A DNA stretch of 64,000 bases from Sminthopsis crassicaudata. Taxonomy: Eukaryota. The stretch covers positions 255,630,055 to 255,694,054 of the forward strand of contig NC_133622.1 in NCBI RefSeq assembly GCF_048593235.1. Direction: 5' to 3'. Positions 1 through 13,400 of the stretch are shown here, piece after piece; positions within the stretch are counted from its first letter, which is position 1; every line of letters starts with the position of its first letter. Position numbers and translations under genes: made by a program. The notes beneath the pieces were generated by a model. The model was not told where the DNA came from and did no database searches. It saw only the letters and a program-made list of their open reading frames with translations.

Positions 1-405
1 TCTATATCTTTTTCTGTCTCTATATATCTTTGTGTGTCTCTGTGTCTCTATTTCTGTCTCTCTGTGTCTCTGTTCCTGTCTCTGTATCTTTCTGTCTGTT
101 TCTCTGTCTCTGTCTCTGTCTGTTTCTCTGTCTCCATCTCTGTCTCTGTTTCTCTTTCTCAGTCTGTTTCTATCTTTGTGTCACTATTTCTGTTTCTCTC
201 TGTGTGTCTCTGTCTCTGTGTCTCTGTTTCTGTTCTCTGTATCTTTGTGTCTCTTTCTCTCTCTGTATCTATCTCTGTCTCTGTATCTTTGTGTCTGTGT
301 CCCTGTCTCTGTTCCTGTCTCTCTGTCTCTTTGTGTGTCTCTGTTTCTCTCTGTGTGTCTCTGTCTGTTTCTACCCCTGTCTCTCACTGTGTCTCTGTCC
401 CTCTG
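1..405. repeat. Complex (TC/TG)n pyrimidine-rich microsatellite
   Basis: Directly visible; produces spurious low-complexity ORFs. Confidence 0.95.
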
Positions 406-2089
406 CATGCATATGCATATATGTAATATATACAGTATTGTGCAGTCATTTCACTTGTGTCCAGCTCTTCATGACCTTATTTGGGGCTTTCTTGACAAAG
501 GTACTAAAGGGTTGGCCATTTCTCCAGCTCGTGTTACAGATGAGGAAACTGAGGCACCCAGGCTCACCTGGCTGGGAAGGGTCTGAGGCTGGATTTGAAC
601 TCAGGGCCCCGAGGCTTGGAGGCTCCCGGACCAGCAGTCCGTGCCCTGGGGCGCCCCCGGCCGGAGATACACGCACATATCAGTAAACACACACATGTCT
701 GTACGTCTGGGGGTGTGCAGGAGTGTTGGTGAATGTCTGAGCTCACGGTGGAGAACCACAAGAAAGCCCCGGACTTGGAGCCCAATTCTGGCCTAGAGTG
801 TAGGCAGTAGCGGGTGTCCCGAAAGCCCTGGTGCCCCCTTCAATGTTAATTAACACCCTCGGAGCGCACCGGGCCTCTTGGGGCGCCCCCAATGAGGACG
901 GAGTCACCTCGGACTCCCCGGCCTCCTCTGCAGAGGGCGTACGTGAGCATGCTGAGCGCCCTCCGGACTTCTGCGTCCCCCAGAAAGGCAAGGTCTCTTA
1001 CACGTGTCCCTGCTGGGGTTTGGGGAGAGGGAGGGGCTCCTCTCGCGAGGCCCGAGGGACAGGCCGCAGCCCCTGAGCGATCCCCCGTGGCCAGCCTGTG
1101 GGCCCCGAGAGGGCCATTAGGGCAGACATCACCAGTCTGAGGGAAGGGCAGCGGCCGCAGCTCCTGAGCCGAGCCCCTTCCCCCTCGTAAAACCCGAGTA
1201 GAGAGCCTTCTTGGTTCTGTTTGTGCATGTGGGTGCTGCCTGGCTGTGCCCCCCGGCGCCAGAAGGGAAGGGGGAGGCAGCCCCTGTGGCCATGGGGGCG
1301 CTGCCGACGCTGAGGGGCGTGGGGCCCAGCCATCGTGGGCCTGGGAGGTGCAGACAGAGGTGGGGAGGGAGGCTGGAGGAAGAAGGGGCTCTGGCTCCTG
1401 TCTGGTCACCAGCAAGAGCTCCCCTTGCCCTGGGGAGGGGCCCAATCCCCTTCCTGTCTCCGGGCCTCAGTTTCCCCAGCTCCCACCTCTGGAGGGCTCC
1501 CAGCCGTGCAGGGATTATCCACAGCAAAGCCCCGCTTTGGAGAAAGTCCATCTCGGGCAGCTTCTCCCCCACGCCCCCTTTTCCTGGCTCATCTCCACTG
1601 CTGTCCCAGGCTATCCACCCATTGCCCCAGGAGAGTCTGAAAAGTGGGTCTGATGTCTGAGGGCCGGCCCCCCGGCCCCCCCGGCCCCCCAGCCCGAGGT
1701 GTTTGCATTTTACTGGGCCATTTGAATGGGAGAGTCTTCCAAGTGCTGCTGAGGAAGCACTGATAGGACTTCAGACATGGAGGTTTTCCCCTGGCAGCCC
1801 TCTCCTTCTGAGGAGGGCACGCACCCAGGCAGGCCCACAGCCACACTCCCCCCCCCCCGCAGACACGCCCTGTCCTGGGCTTCCTCCAGTCTCTCAGATT
1901 TGTTTCTTCCTTTCACTATCCCCTTGGGCCCCACCCCGGCTCCCCTCTCATCCGGTCCTGAACACTCCCACCCTCCCTGGCTCTCTCTGAGCTCCACTCT
2001 GCCAGCTCTCTTTGTCCTCCTCCCTCCTTAAGCCCCCAGCCTCAGGCCACCCCTGTGCCCCAGGCTCTTGATGTGACTTGTCAGCTCTG

Positions 2090-3240
2090 ACCAGCTCCCC
2101 CAGGTGCAGCAGATCCCAGTTCCAGGTACAGCAGATCCCAGCTTCCCCAGGTGCAGCAGGTCCCAGTTCCAGGTACAGCAGATCCCAGCTTCCCCAGGTG
2201 CAGCAGATCCCAGCTTCCCCAGGTGCAGCAGGTCCCAGTTCCAGGTACAGCAGATCCCAGTTCCAGGTACAGCAGATCCCAGCTCCCCCAGGTGCAGCAG
2301 ATCCCAGCTCCCCCAGGTGCAGCAGATCCCAGCTCCCCCAGGTGCAGCAGATCCCAGCTTCCCCAGGTGCAGCAGATCCCAGCTCCCCCAGGTACAGCAG
2401 ATCCCAGCTCCCCCAGGTGCAGCAGATCCCAGCTTCCCCAGGTGCAGCAGATCCCAGCTCCCTCAGGTACAGCAGATCCCAGCTCCCCCAGGTACAGCAG
2501 ATCCCAGCTCCCCTAGGTGCAGCAGATCCCAGCTCCCCCAGGTGCAGCAGATCCCAGCTCCCCCAGGTACAGCAGATCCCAGCTCCCCCAGGTGCAGCAG
2601 ATCCCAGCTCCCCCAGGTGCAGCAGATCCCAGCTCCCCCAGGTGCAGCAGATCCCAGCTCCCCCAGGTGCAGCAGATCCCAGCTCCCCCAGGTGCAGCAG
2701 GTCCCAGCTCCCCCAGGTGCAGCAGATCCCAGCTCCCCCAGGTGCAGCAGATCCCAGCTCCCCCAGGTGCAGCAGATCCCAGCTCCCCCAGGTGCAGCAG
2801 GTCCCAGCTCCCCCAGGTGCAGCAGGTCCCAGTTCCAGGTACAGCAGATCCCAGCTTCCCCAGGTACAGCAGATCCCAGCTCCTCCAGGTGCAGCAGATC
2901 CCAGCTCCCCCAGGTGCAGCAGGTCCCAGCTCCCCCAGGTGCAGCAGATCCCAGCTCCCCCAGGTGCAGCAGGTCCCAGCTTCCCCAGGTACAGCAGATC
3001 CCAGTTCCTCCAGGTACAGCAGATCCCAGCTCCCCCAGGTGCAGCAGATCCCAGCTCCCCCAGGTGCAGCAGATCCCAGCTCTCCCAGGTGCAGCAGATC
3101 CCAGCTCCCCCAGGTGCAGCAGATCCCAGCTCCCCCAGGTGCAGCAGATCCCAGCTCCCCCAGGTGCAGCAGGTCCCAGCTCCCCCAGGTGCAGCAGGTC
3201 CCAGCTCCCCCAGGTACAGCAGGTCCCAGCTTCCCCCCTG
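2090..3240. repeat. Minisatellite, 25-bp unit CAGCAGATCCCAGCTCCCCCAGGTG with 22-bp variants
   Basis: Roughly 45 near-perfect tandem units. Confidence 0.97.
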
Positions 3241-3654
3241 CTAGGAGCACAGAATAGCAGAGCAGGAAGGGCCTCAGAGGCCGGGGTCCTGGTCCAACAG
3301 AGACAGGGAGGGCCTCAGCTCAGCCAGAACGGGAACCCAGCTTTGCTGGCTCAGCCTCAGGCTCCCTGAAGCACAAGCCCAAGGGGCCAGCCCTGTCCTG
3401 GGACTCTCCATTGTGACCTCAGATACCCTTTTCCCTTTGGATTGGCCCAGAGTTGAAGAAAGAGAGATGGGACCTGGACGAAATGTGATCAAGGGGCAAC
3501 CAGAGGGGGCCAAAAGGGCCCAGCCCCCTACTTTGAAGAAGGCTGTCTGACCAATGCTGCCTTGTCTGTGACCAGAGAGGAGCCTAAGTTAACCAGCTTC
3601 AGTCATTTCTGCTTTCAGACTAGGCTGAGGGTATGCTGAGCTCTTGCCATAATG

Positions 3655-3860
3655 CCCCTTCCTCCCTCTCTCTTCTCCCTCCTTTTCTCCCCTTCTCCCT
3701 CCCTCCCTCCCTCCCCTTTTCCCTTCTTCCCTCTCCTTCCCTCCATCCTCCTCTCTTCTCTTTCCTCCTTTTCTCCCCTTCTCCCTCCTTCCCTCTCCTT
3801 CCCTCCCTCCCCCTTCTCCTTCCCTTCTTCTCTCTCTCCCTCCATCTTGCACCTTCATCC
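3655..3860. repeat. Polypyrimidine (CT-rich) low-complexity tract
   Basis: Directly visible. Confidence 0.85.
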
Positions 3861-5007
3861 CCCTCCTCCATCCTCCCTACTTGGGCGCTTTCTTCAGGGA
3901 AGGCCCGAGTCCCGCCTTGGGTGGGAGGGAATCCATCCACAACGTTTGGATCCTGAGAAACGCTCTTGATGGTCTGCCCTAAAAAGCGAACAAAAGGACA
4001 CCAAGGCCTGGTCCTGCTTGTCCAGATGGGGCCTGACCGGGCACAGAAAGACTCGCTGCCCTTCCTGGCCACTCGGCCCCCAGGTGGAGCTCCCCAAGCC
4101 ACCAGCGTTTGAACCCCTCCTTTGACCCAAATCCAGGCGAGGTGCTACTGTCACTTCTTGGAGTCAGCACAGTGACCGTGACCCCTCCCCCAACTCTTGA
4201 AAATGAGAATCTGCACTGGAAAGGAAGGGGCGTCATGTGGGAAACCCCCAAAGCTCTTGGATGAGGGGGAGAGACTTACAGTTGATGGCGCCTCATGCTC
4301 TGGCATTCCTACCACTTGGGCCAGGGCGCCGTCCAGCCCCGCGGCCCCCAGGGGAGGCGGGATCAGCGGCCGCAGAGCCGTGGCCGCCCACCGGGAGAGC
4401 ACATTCTAACCCCCCGTTTGCGGAGTGAGCCCTCCCCTCGCCTTCCTTTCCCAGTAGCTGCTGGGCCACAGTCCCAGGTAGGAGAGGCGTGACAGCAGGT
4501 GAGCCGGAGTCACAAAGGAGCTTGCTCAGCAGTGGAGGGAAGAGTGTCACAAAGAGGGAGGAAGCCAGGCCGGCCCCCAGAGCCCCCTCGCCTGCTGCTC
4601 CTCAGCGTTCAGTGGAGAGCCAGGACCGAAGGGCAAGCGCACAGCCCCCTTTGGCCTTCTCCAGCCACAGGGGTCTGGACCCATCAGTCTCCCTCAATCG
4701 TGTCAAACACGCAAGCAATGAGGAGAGCCAGCCTCCAGATGTCACGGGGCTGAAGGGGCCCCCGTGCCCAAACAAGAATCCCCCGGGATCTGCTGTTTGT
4801 CCTTTGCTCTGGAAGAGGCCCATGACATCAGGGAGGTGCTGCCGTGATGTGCAGGGAAACTGGAAGGAGAGAGGGAGGGCTGGAAGCCTCACTTCCCCTC
4901 CAGGGCCCTCTGGGTCCAGTAGCCAGATTAGATGGTTCCAAGGGGAGGCTTTGGCCTTTTAAGCTAGGTCCTCAGCAGGTCTTAGTTTGGCTGACTCTAC
5001 AGCCTCC

Positions 5008-6290
5008 ATGATCTACCCAACACATGGATCCCCAGTCTCTTCCCAAGGATGTGATCTACCCAACACATGGATCCCCAGTCTCTTCCCAAGGATGTGATCT
5101 ACTCAACACATGGATCCCCAGTCTCTTCCCAAGGATGTGATCTACCCAACACATGGATCCCCAGTCTCTTCCCAAGGATGTGATCTACCCAACACATGGA
5201 TCCCCAGTCTCTTCCCAAGGATGTGATCTACCCAACACATGGATCCCCAGTCTCTTCCCAAGGATGTGATCTACCCAACACATGGATCCCCAGTCTCTTC
5301 CCAAGGATGTGATCTACCCAACACATGGATCCCCAGTCTCTTCCCAAGGATGTGATCTACCCAACACAAATGGTCCCCCAGCTTCTTTCCAAAGCATGAT
5401 CTCTCTGACACATGGATCCCCAGCCTCTTTCCCAAGGACATGATCTACCTGACACATAGCTCCCCAGCCTCTTCCTGAGGGTGTAATCTCCCCAACACAT
5501 AGATCCCAGCCTCTTCCCAAAGCATGATCTACCCGACACATGGATCTTCAGTCTCTTCCCAAGGATGTGATGATCTACCTGACACGTGGATGCACAGCCT
5601 CTTCCCAAGGACATGATCTTCCTGACACATAGATCCCCATCTTCTTCCTGAGGATGTGATCTACCCAACATGTGGATCCCCAGCCTTTTCCCAAGGACAT
5701 GATCTTCCTGACACATGGATCCTCAGCCTCTTACCAAAGCATGATCTATCCAACTCATAGATCCCCAGCCTCTTTTTGAGGAATGTGATCTACCTGACAT
5801 GTGGATCCCCACCCTCTTCCCAAGGACATGATCTACCCAACACATGGATCTTCAGTCTCTTCCCAAGGATGTGATCTACCTGACACATGGATGCATAGCC
5901 TCTTCCCAAGGACATGATCTACCTGGCACATGGATCCCCAGACTCTTTCTGAGGATGTGATCTACCCAACATGTGGATCCCCAGCCTTTTCCCAAGGACA
6001 TGATCTTCCTGACACATAGATCCCCATCTTCTTCCTGAGGATGTGATCTACCTGACATGTGGATCCCCCAGCCTTTTCCCAAGGGCCTAATCTACCCGAC
6101 ACATGGATCCTCAGCCTCTTACGAAAGCATGATCTATCCAACTCATAGATCCCCAGCCTCTTTTTGAAGAATGTGATCTACCCGACATGTGGATCCCCAG
6201 CCTTTTCCCAAGGACATGATCTACCTGGCACATGGATCCCCAGCCTCTTTCCGAGGACTTGATCTACCCGACACGTGGATCCCCAGCCTC
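5008..6290. repeat. Minisatellite, about 43-bp unit GATCTACCCAACACATGGATCCCCAGTCTCTTCCCAAGGATGT
   Basis: The first eight or so units are near-identical; distal units are diverged. Confidence 0.95.
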
Positions 6291-7428
6291 TTAGCATAGA
6301 CCTCCAGTGAGCCAGCCTGAGGCAGCCTCATCAGCCCAACCCTTCCTCTCTATCTACACAAGCACACACTTAGCCCCATTCTCTTGGTCTAGGTAGGACG
6401 GCCACCTAATCCTGTCCCACGAGTCCTCCAGGGACTGCGCCAGCTTCCACGGTCATCACACTGCTCTTAGCTCTCCCTTCTGCAGGAGTAGCCTCCTGGG
6501 GCAGACTCACAACCCTTCCCACTCCTCATCTCCTCTGGATGGTCTTCCCTAAAAAGTGAACAAAAGGACACCAAGCCCTGGTCCTGCTTGTCCATATGGG
6601 GCCTGACCAGGCACAGAAAGACTCGCTGCCCTTCCTGGCCACGCGGCCCCCAGGCTGAGCTCCCCAAGCCACCATGTTGCTTCTGCGGGTCACCCTTTGG
6701 CCCTGGGGCTGCTTTTGTTGGCCGGGCCAGCCCCCGGAAAGCTCCAGAGCCTTTTGTGACAAGATTTGCTGGCTTCCTACGCCAATCCTGGTTGGGCAAG
6801 GCCAACTTTGGAAGCCTCCATGTAGGATATGGAGTGAGGGGCAAGTGCAGTTATAGAAGGTTTAGCTAGAAGGGGCTTTCCCAGCACTCTCATCCAGACC
6901 TCCCCTTTTACAGAGGGGGAAACCAAGGCCTGGTGGGAGGAGGTGATGGCTCCTAGATAGACCAGCACTAGGTCAAGTCCAGAGCAACTTCTTAGGCCCT
7001 GCAGGGTTCAGAGCTCTCGGGAGGTTGGAGGCCCCATGGTGGCTGGGCAGCTGATGGGCGATGTATCACGTGGGTATCACGTGGCTGGCTGGGCGCCACC
7101 TTGGGGAGCATTAAAAGTATAATAGGTGAAAATCGAGATTCCTGTAGGAAATCAGAGCTTTTATGGACCCCAAAGGGACCTCTGAACCTTCCGTACCTCT
7201 GGGTGGCCGTGGAGGTGGAGGGGGATGAGTTGGGCGGGCCCCAAGCTGGAACCTGCCGCTGAGGGCAGACCGAGGCCTTGCCTTCTCCCAGCGTGGAGTC
7301 CGAGCTCGGCGGGCCGTGGCGGGGTTTCGGGGGGCTCGGAGTCAGCGGGCACAAAATGTCTTGCTTCCCCATCATCAGTCTGAACTGCTGCTGTCGCTTC
7401 CTTTCAGAGAACCCCCACAGCTCACGCC

Positions 7429-10400
7429 ATGAAGGAGGAAAACTTTCTCCGGCGCAGGTTTTCCCTCTGTCCGCCTTCTTCCACCCCCCAGAAAATTGAC
7501 CCTCGGAAACTGACCAGGAACCTCTTCTTCAGTGGAGACCATGAGATCTATCCCCTTAGCCCAGGTCAGTCCTTGCTGGGAAGGTGTCATCCCTGGGGCT
7601 GCGGTGGGGGGCCAAAGTGGGAAGGGACCGAGGTGGGGGGAATTAAGGTAGAGGGGACTGAGGTGGGCGCCCCTGACCCCCAAGGCTGCTGAGGGGAAGC
7701 CCCCACGAGAAGCAGAGTCCCCCAGGGAAGGGCCACAGGCCTCCTGTGCTGATGTCAGTCCATGAGCATCCCTCCGGGGGTGGGGGGGGAGGAACTGAGG
7801 CTCTGAGAGAAACATGAGGAGGCCTCTTAGGGTCGTGGCTCAAAAGCGGGTCAGACCCCCAAGCCCTCATTTTAAAGAAATGGGGATTGGGGTTCAGGCC
7901 CCACAACCTTCCAGGTCCCAGAAACCCCTCCTCCCAGCTTGGCCCTGAGGTTGTGTCCAGTCAATCTGTGCCCCCAGAATCTCTCCTCTCCCTCCCATGT
8001 GTCCCTCCTGCTGCTGAAGCCTGTGGCCTCCGGGGAGATCGGGGTGGAGGTCGTAAACACCCCCGTCTGGGGCTGATTGAACAGCAAAACGAGCAGTCAG
8101 TGACTTCCACCCAACCCCAGCGAGGCAGCTTCCCCCCATGTTCGTGCACTCACACTCGGCTCACACGCATGGGCTCACACATGCACACTGCTCATACGCA
8201 GTACTGTGTGCACACGTATGTGCTCTCCTGCGTGCTCTTTCACACGCACACACGCTCTGACACACGTGTGCTTTCCCATATACACTCACATGCGTGTACT
8301 TTCACATACACGAGTGCTCTCACACCCACGTGCTCTCCCATTGCACACGCCTCCCCTCTGCCTTTCAGTGAGTCAGGCCAAGTCCTAAACAGTGACTGAA
8401 AGCCCAGGTCTCCCGTCCTGTCTGATGCCCAAGGGCAACGCCCGAGCTCAGGACAGAGGGTCCTGGGCACAGAAACGGGCTGGGATTCATCTCCTGGCTC
8501 CAACACTGGGCAAGTCAGCGACCCCCGAAGCCTCAGTTTACCACCCTGTCAAATAGGGATAGGGGAGTGGAATACGCTAGAGGAGGGGCCGTGACAGGAT
8601 GGCTCCCCGAGTGGCTCAAGGCCAGAGGCAGCGGGGGGGGGGGGAGGGCGTAGAAAGGGGGTTAGCCGTGCCAGGGGCTCCCCCTGGAGGCACTGGGGAA
8701 GGGGGCTAATGGGGAGACCCCTCCCAGGTGTCACTGGCTCCCCTCTGTTGCAGGGAAGGACATGGAAAGCACCAATGGCGTGCCCCTGTTGAAGGATGAA
8801 GTGCCTCCGACGCCGGTGTCCGTGACCAGAACCCTGCAGGTGAGCCCCCGCCTGGCCTGCGCGGGGATGGGGGAGGGGGACACGGGGAGGGGGTTGGCTC
8901 CAGGCCCCGCTCCCTCCCCCACCAAAACAGGAGAACAACTGGACTCGGGCCAGGGGCCCTTGGGGCGCTCTGGGGGAGGACGAGGCCGAGCCTGAAAAGA
9001 CATTGATGGGGCGCCATCATCCCGGCCTTGGAGAAGTCCTGAGCTCATGGAGGGAGCGAGGGGGGGCCGAGGGTGAGCCCAGTCCTGAGGCGCTGATGTC
9101 CCTCTCCGCCCTGTGGGAGTGCTTCCTCCAAGGCCCGAGAACAGCCGCGCCACCTGAGTGCGCCTGAGCACTGTCTGAGCGCCGCCTGAGTGCGCCTGAG
9201 CACTGTCTGAGTGCCGCCTGAGTGCGGCCTGAGCGCTGTCTGAGCGCCGCCTGAGTGCGGCCTGAGCACTGTCTGAGCGCCGCCTGAGTGCGGCCTGAGT
9301 GCTGTCTGAGTGTGGCCTGAGTGCTGTCTGAGTGTGGCCTGAGTGCGGCCTGAGCACTGTCTGAGCGCCGCCTGAGTGCGCCTGAGCACTGTCTGAGTGC
9401 CGCCTGAGTGCGGCCTGAGTGCTGTCTGAGTGTGGCCTGAGTGCTGTCTGAGTGTGGCCTGAGTGCGGCCTGAGCACTGTCTGAGCGCCGCCTGAGTGCG
9501 CCTGAGCACTGTCTGAGTGCCGCCTGAGTGCGGCCTGAGCACTGTCTGAGCGCCGCCTGAGTGCGCCTGAGCACTGTCTGAGCGCCACCTGAGTGCACCT
9601 GAATGCTGTCTGAGTGCGGCCTGAGTGCGCCTGAGCACTGTCTGAGCGCCGCCTGAGTGCGCCTGAGCACTGTTTGAGCGCCACCTGAGTGCACCTGAGC
9701 GCTGTCTTGAGTGTGGCCTGAGTGCGGCCTGAGCGCCGCCTGAGTGCAGCCTGAGTGCTGTCTGAGTGTGGCCTGAGTGCGGCCTGAGCGCCGCCTGAGT
9801 GCAGCCTGAGTGCTGTCTGAGTGTGGCCTGAGTGCGGCCTGAGCGCTGTCTGAGTGCGCCTGAGCACTGTTTGAGCGCCACCTGAGTGCACCTGAGCGCT
9901 GTCTGAGCACCTTTGAATTTCTTTTTGTGCAGAATAATGACTACCGGGTCTGTAATGGGTCTGACCGAGAGTCCTTGTCCCCAACAGCCAAAGTCACCAA
10001 GAAGGAAACTCTCAAGGTGAGGGAGACCTTGTGGGGGAGGGGCTGGGGGCTTCCTCTGACACCAGCTCTAAGTGGGGGGGAGGGTGAGCCTGGCTTCCCC
10101 TCCAGCTGCCCCCGCCCTTCCCCTATCTTACTCTTGTCCTGTTCCTCTCTACTCCTTTCCCCTTCTTCTCTCTCTCTTCCCCTCTTCTTCCTCCTCCTCT
10201 TTTTCTCCTCTCCATCCTCCTTTCTTTCTCCTCTCCTTCCTCCTCTTCCTCTTCTTCCTCTACTCTCTCCTCCCCTTCCTCCCCTCTTCCTCCTCTCTCC
10301 TCCCCTTCTTTTCTTCCCTCCTCCCCCTCCTCCTCTTCCTCCTAACCCCGAGCCACCTCCCCACATCAGGTCCAGAAGAGGAATTACCGTCAGGAGAAGA

Positions 10401-13400
10401 AGCGGGCCACCCAGCAGCTCTTCAGCGCCCTCAAGGACCCCAGCGTGGTCATCATGGCCGACTGGCTGAAGGTACGGGCTTCCAGAAGGGGGACCCTGCG
10501 GCCCAAGGCACCTCAGAGGGTGCCCCCTCACCAGGAGAGCTGGGAGAGTGTGTATGTGTGCACGTGTGTGCGTGTGCCCACAGAGCAGATGCCGGGGTCC
10601 ATCACTAAGCCCAAAGATGGCGGCCTCTGGGGAGAGGAATGACCGGCGCCCCTGAGGCAGGAAGGCCCTCCCTCCCGCTGTCCAACTCCAGGGACACTCA
10701 GACCACTTGCTCCTCTTCCCCCTCAAGCAGACTGTTGTCTGCTCCTGGAGTAAACCAGCTCAGGGAGGGAGGGGGGAAGCAGGGGGGGTGCTCCACCCCT
10801 GAAATGGGCGTGCTGCTCCGGGCTGGCTGAGGAGCAGGAGGGAGCCTCGCAGCCTTCCTGAGGCTCCCCCTGCACCCACCTCAGATCCGGGGGACCCTGA
10901 AGGGCTGGACCAAGCTCTGGTGCATCCTGAAGCCGGGCGTGCTGCTGGTTTACAAGACGCCCAAGGTGGGCCAGTGGGTGGGCACCATCCTGCTGCACTC
11001 GTGTGAGCTCATCGAGCGGCCTTCCAAGAAGGACGGCTTCTGCTTCAAGCTCTTCCACCCCCTGGATCAGTCCATCTGGGCCATGAAGGTGGGTGCCAAG
11101 GGGAGCCCTGAGAGGGGCGGAGCCCGGAGGGGGGACAGGGGCAAGGAGGGTCCTGTAATCGGGGGGCCGGGGCGAATGGCAACTACTGCAAGCCCGGCCT
11201 TCTCCGAATTCCAGAACCTCCCGGCGGGGAGGGCCCCCGCCTCAGCCATGGCAGACCCGAGCCCCCCCCCGGGCTGTGGGGGTCAATGCTGGGCTTCCAA
11301 CGGGTTCGACTGGGCGAGGACAATAATATTAGCACTATGACACCTACTGTGTGCCATGCTTGATTAATATCTCATCAGATCCTCACAACAACCCTGGGAG
11401 GTTAATGCTGATTAGACCCATTTCACCCTTGGGGAAACGGGCAAACAGCTAAAGGTCTCACAATTAGGAAGGGTCTGAGGCTGGATTCAGACTTCTGACT
11501 CCAGACCCTGGACTCTGTGCACTCTGGCACCCCCTAGTGCCTAGAACTGACTGCCGGAATCCCCTCCGTGCTCTGCCTAGGCCCTACTAAATCCCCGCCT
11601 TTTCCTGATGGCCTACAGCTGGGCAGCCATCCCTGGGCCCCTTTCCCGCCAGCTAGCTCTGGTATCAGATGATGGGGGGCCCCTGGGCCCTCTCCTTCCC
11701 TGGCCCTCAATGATGGGGGGGCCTTGGGCTCCATCACCTGCTTGTGTGTCTGCTCCACAGGGCCCCAAAGGTGAGAATGTGGGCTCCATCACCCAGCCGC
11801 TCCCCAGCAGTTACCTCATCTTCAGGGCACCCTCTGAATCTGATGGTAAGTCCTTCTCCTTGCCCTCGCCCAGTTTTCCTTCTGGTCTGCTCTAAGGTGC
11901 TGCCATCAGCGGCTCAGCCCCCAGCTTTGTGGAGCAGAAGGGCCCCAGGGCCTCCTCTCCAGGGGCCTTCTCTCCTCGCCCCAGTCCTAAGAAGGAGAGT
12001 ATGGCTCACCCGGCCTCCTCTTCCATCCTTGCCCTTCAGAGACCTCTCATGGTGGTCCGAGGAAGCACTTGCAGCCCGGACCCTCCCCCACCACTGCAAA
12101 CCAAGTATTGCCAGCCTTCCCCCCCCCAGACTCCTGGCCTCCCTGGCTTCCCTAAGGCCCAGTGGAAAGCTCTCCTGCTGCAGGAATCTTCCCCAAGAAT
12201 GACTTCCCAGTTTTCCTGCTCCTAGCTTACTGTGTCCGGATTCAATTGTGAGCTCTCTGAGGGCAGGGCTGCTGTCTTTTACCTTTTTTTCTATTCCCCA
12301 GTGCATAAATAGCAAAGTGTCTGACACACAGTAGGTGCTTAATAAATGCTTGTTTTAAATGACTAATGTGGAAACGTCTCACATGATTGCGCATGTAATA
12401 GCTGATTGCTACCATCTCAAGGAGGGAAAAGGGAGGAACAGAACTGGGAACTCAACTTTACCAAAAAAAAGTGTTTAAGTTGTTTTAATAAGTAATTGGG
12501 AGGAAATATACACAGAAAGATAGAAAGGCAGTAGGTAGGTAAATAGGTGGGTAGGTGGATAGATAGATAGACAGAATAGATGGATAGATAGATACATAGA
12601 TGGATACATACATAGATAGATAGATACATTAATAAACAGATACATACATAGATAAATAGATACATAGATAGATACATTCANNNNNNNNNNNNNNNNNNNN
12701 NNNNNNNNNNNNNNNNNNNNNNNNNNNNNNNNNNNNNNNNNNNNNNNNNNNNNNNNNNNNNNNNNNNNNNNNNNNNNNNNNNNNNNNNNNNNNNNNNNNN
12801 NNNNNNNNNNNNNNNNNNNNNNNNNNNNNNNNNNNNNNNNNNNNNNNNNNNNNNNNNNNNNNNNNNNNNNNNNNNNNNNNNNNNNNNNNNNNNNNNNNNN
12901 NNNNNNNNNNNNNNNNNNNNNNNNNNNNNNNNNNNNNNGATATATTCATAAACAGATACATACATAGATAAATAGATACATAGATAGATACATACATCAA
13001 TAAATAGATACATAGATACATTCATAGATAAATAGATACATAGATAGATACATACATCAATAAATAGATACATAGATACATTCATAAACAGATACATACA
13101 TAGATAAATAGATACATAGATAGATACATACATCAATAAATAGATACATTCATAAACAGATACATACATAGATAAATAGATACATAGATAGATACACACA
13201 TCAATAAATAGATACATAGATATATTCATAAACAGATACATACATAGATAAATAGATACATAGATAGATACACACATCAATAAATAGATACATAGATACA
13301 TTCATAAACAGATACATACATAGATAAATAGATACATATATACACACATCAATAAATAGATACATAGACAGATGGAAACATACATAGATGCATACATAGA

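Noticed and set aside
2078-3369. Long ORFs (388, 421 and 246 aa) over the 25-bp minisatellite
   Set aside because: A 25-bp unit cycles through all frames and simply lacks stop codons; there are no splice or promoter cues and the product is pure repeat.
5008-6290. CRISPR-like or other prokaryotic repeat arrays
   Set aside because: The arrays are head-to-tail minisatellites without unique spacers, and the DNA is eukaryotic (spliced genes, SINEs).
8731-9984. 417-aa and other - strand ORFs
   Set aside because: Products of the intronic CTGAG minisatellite, antisense to OSBPL5.
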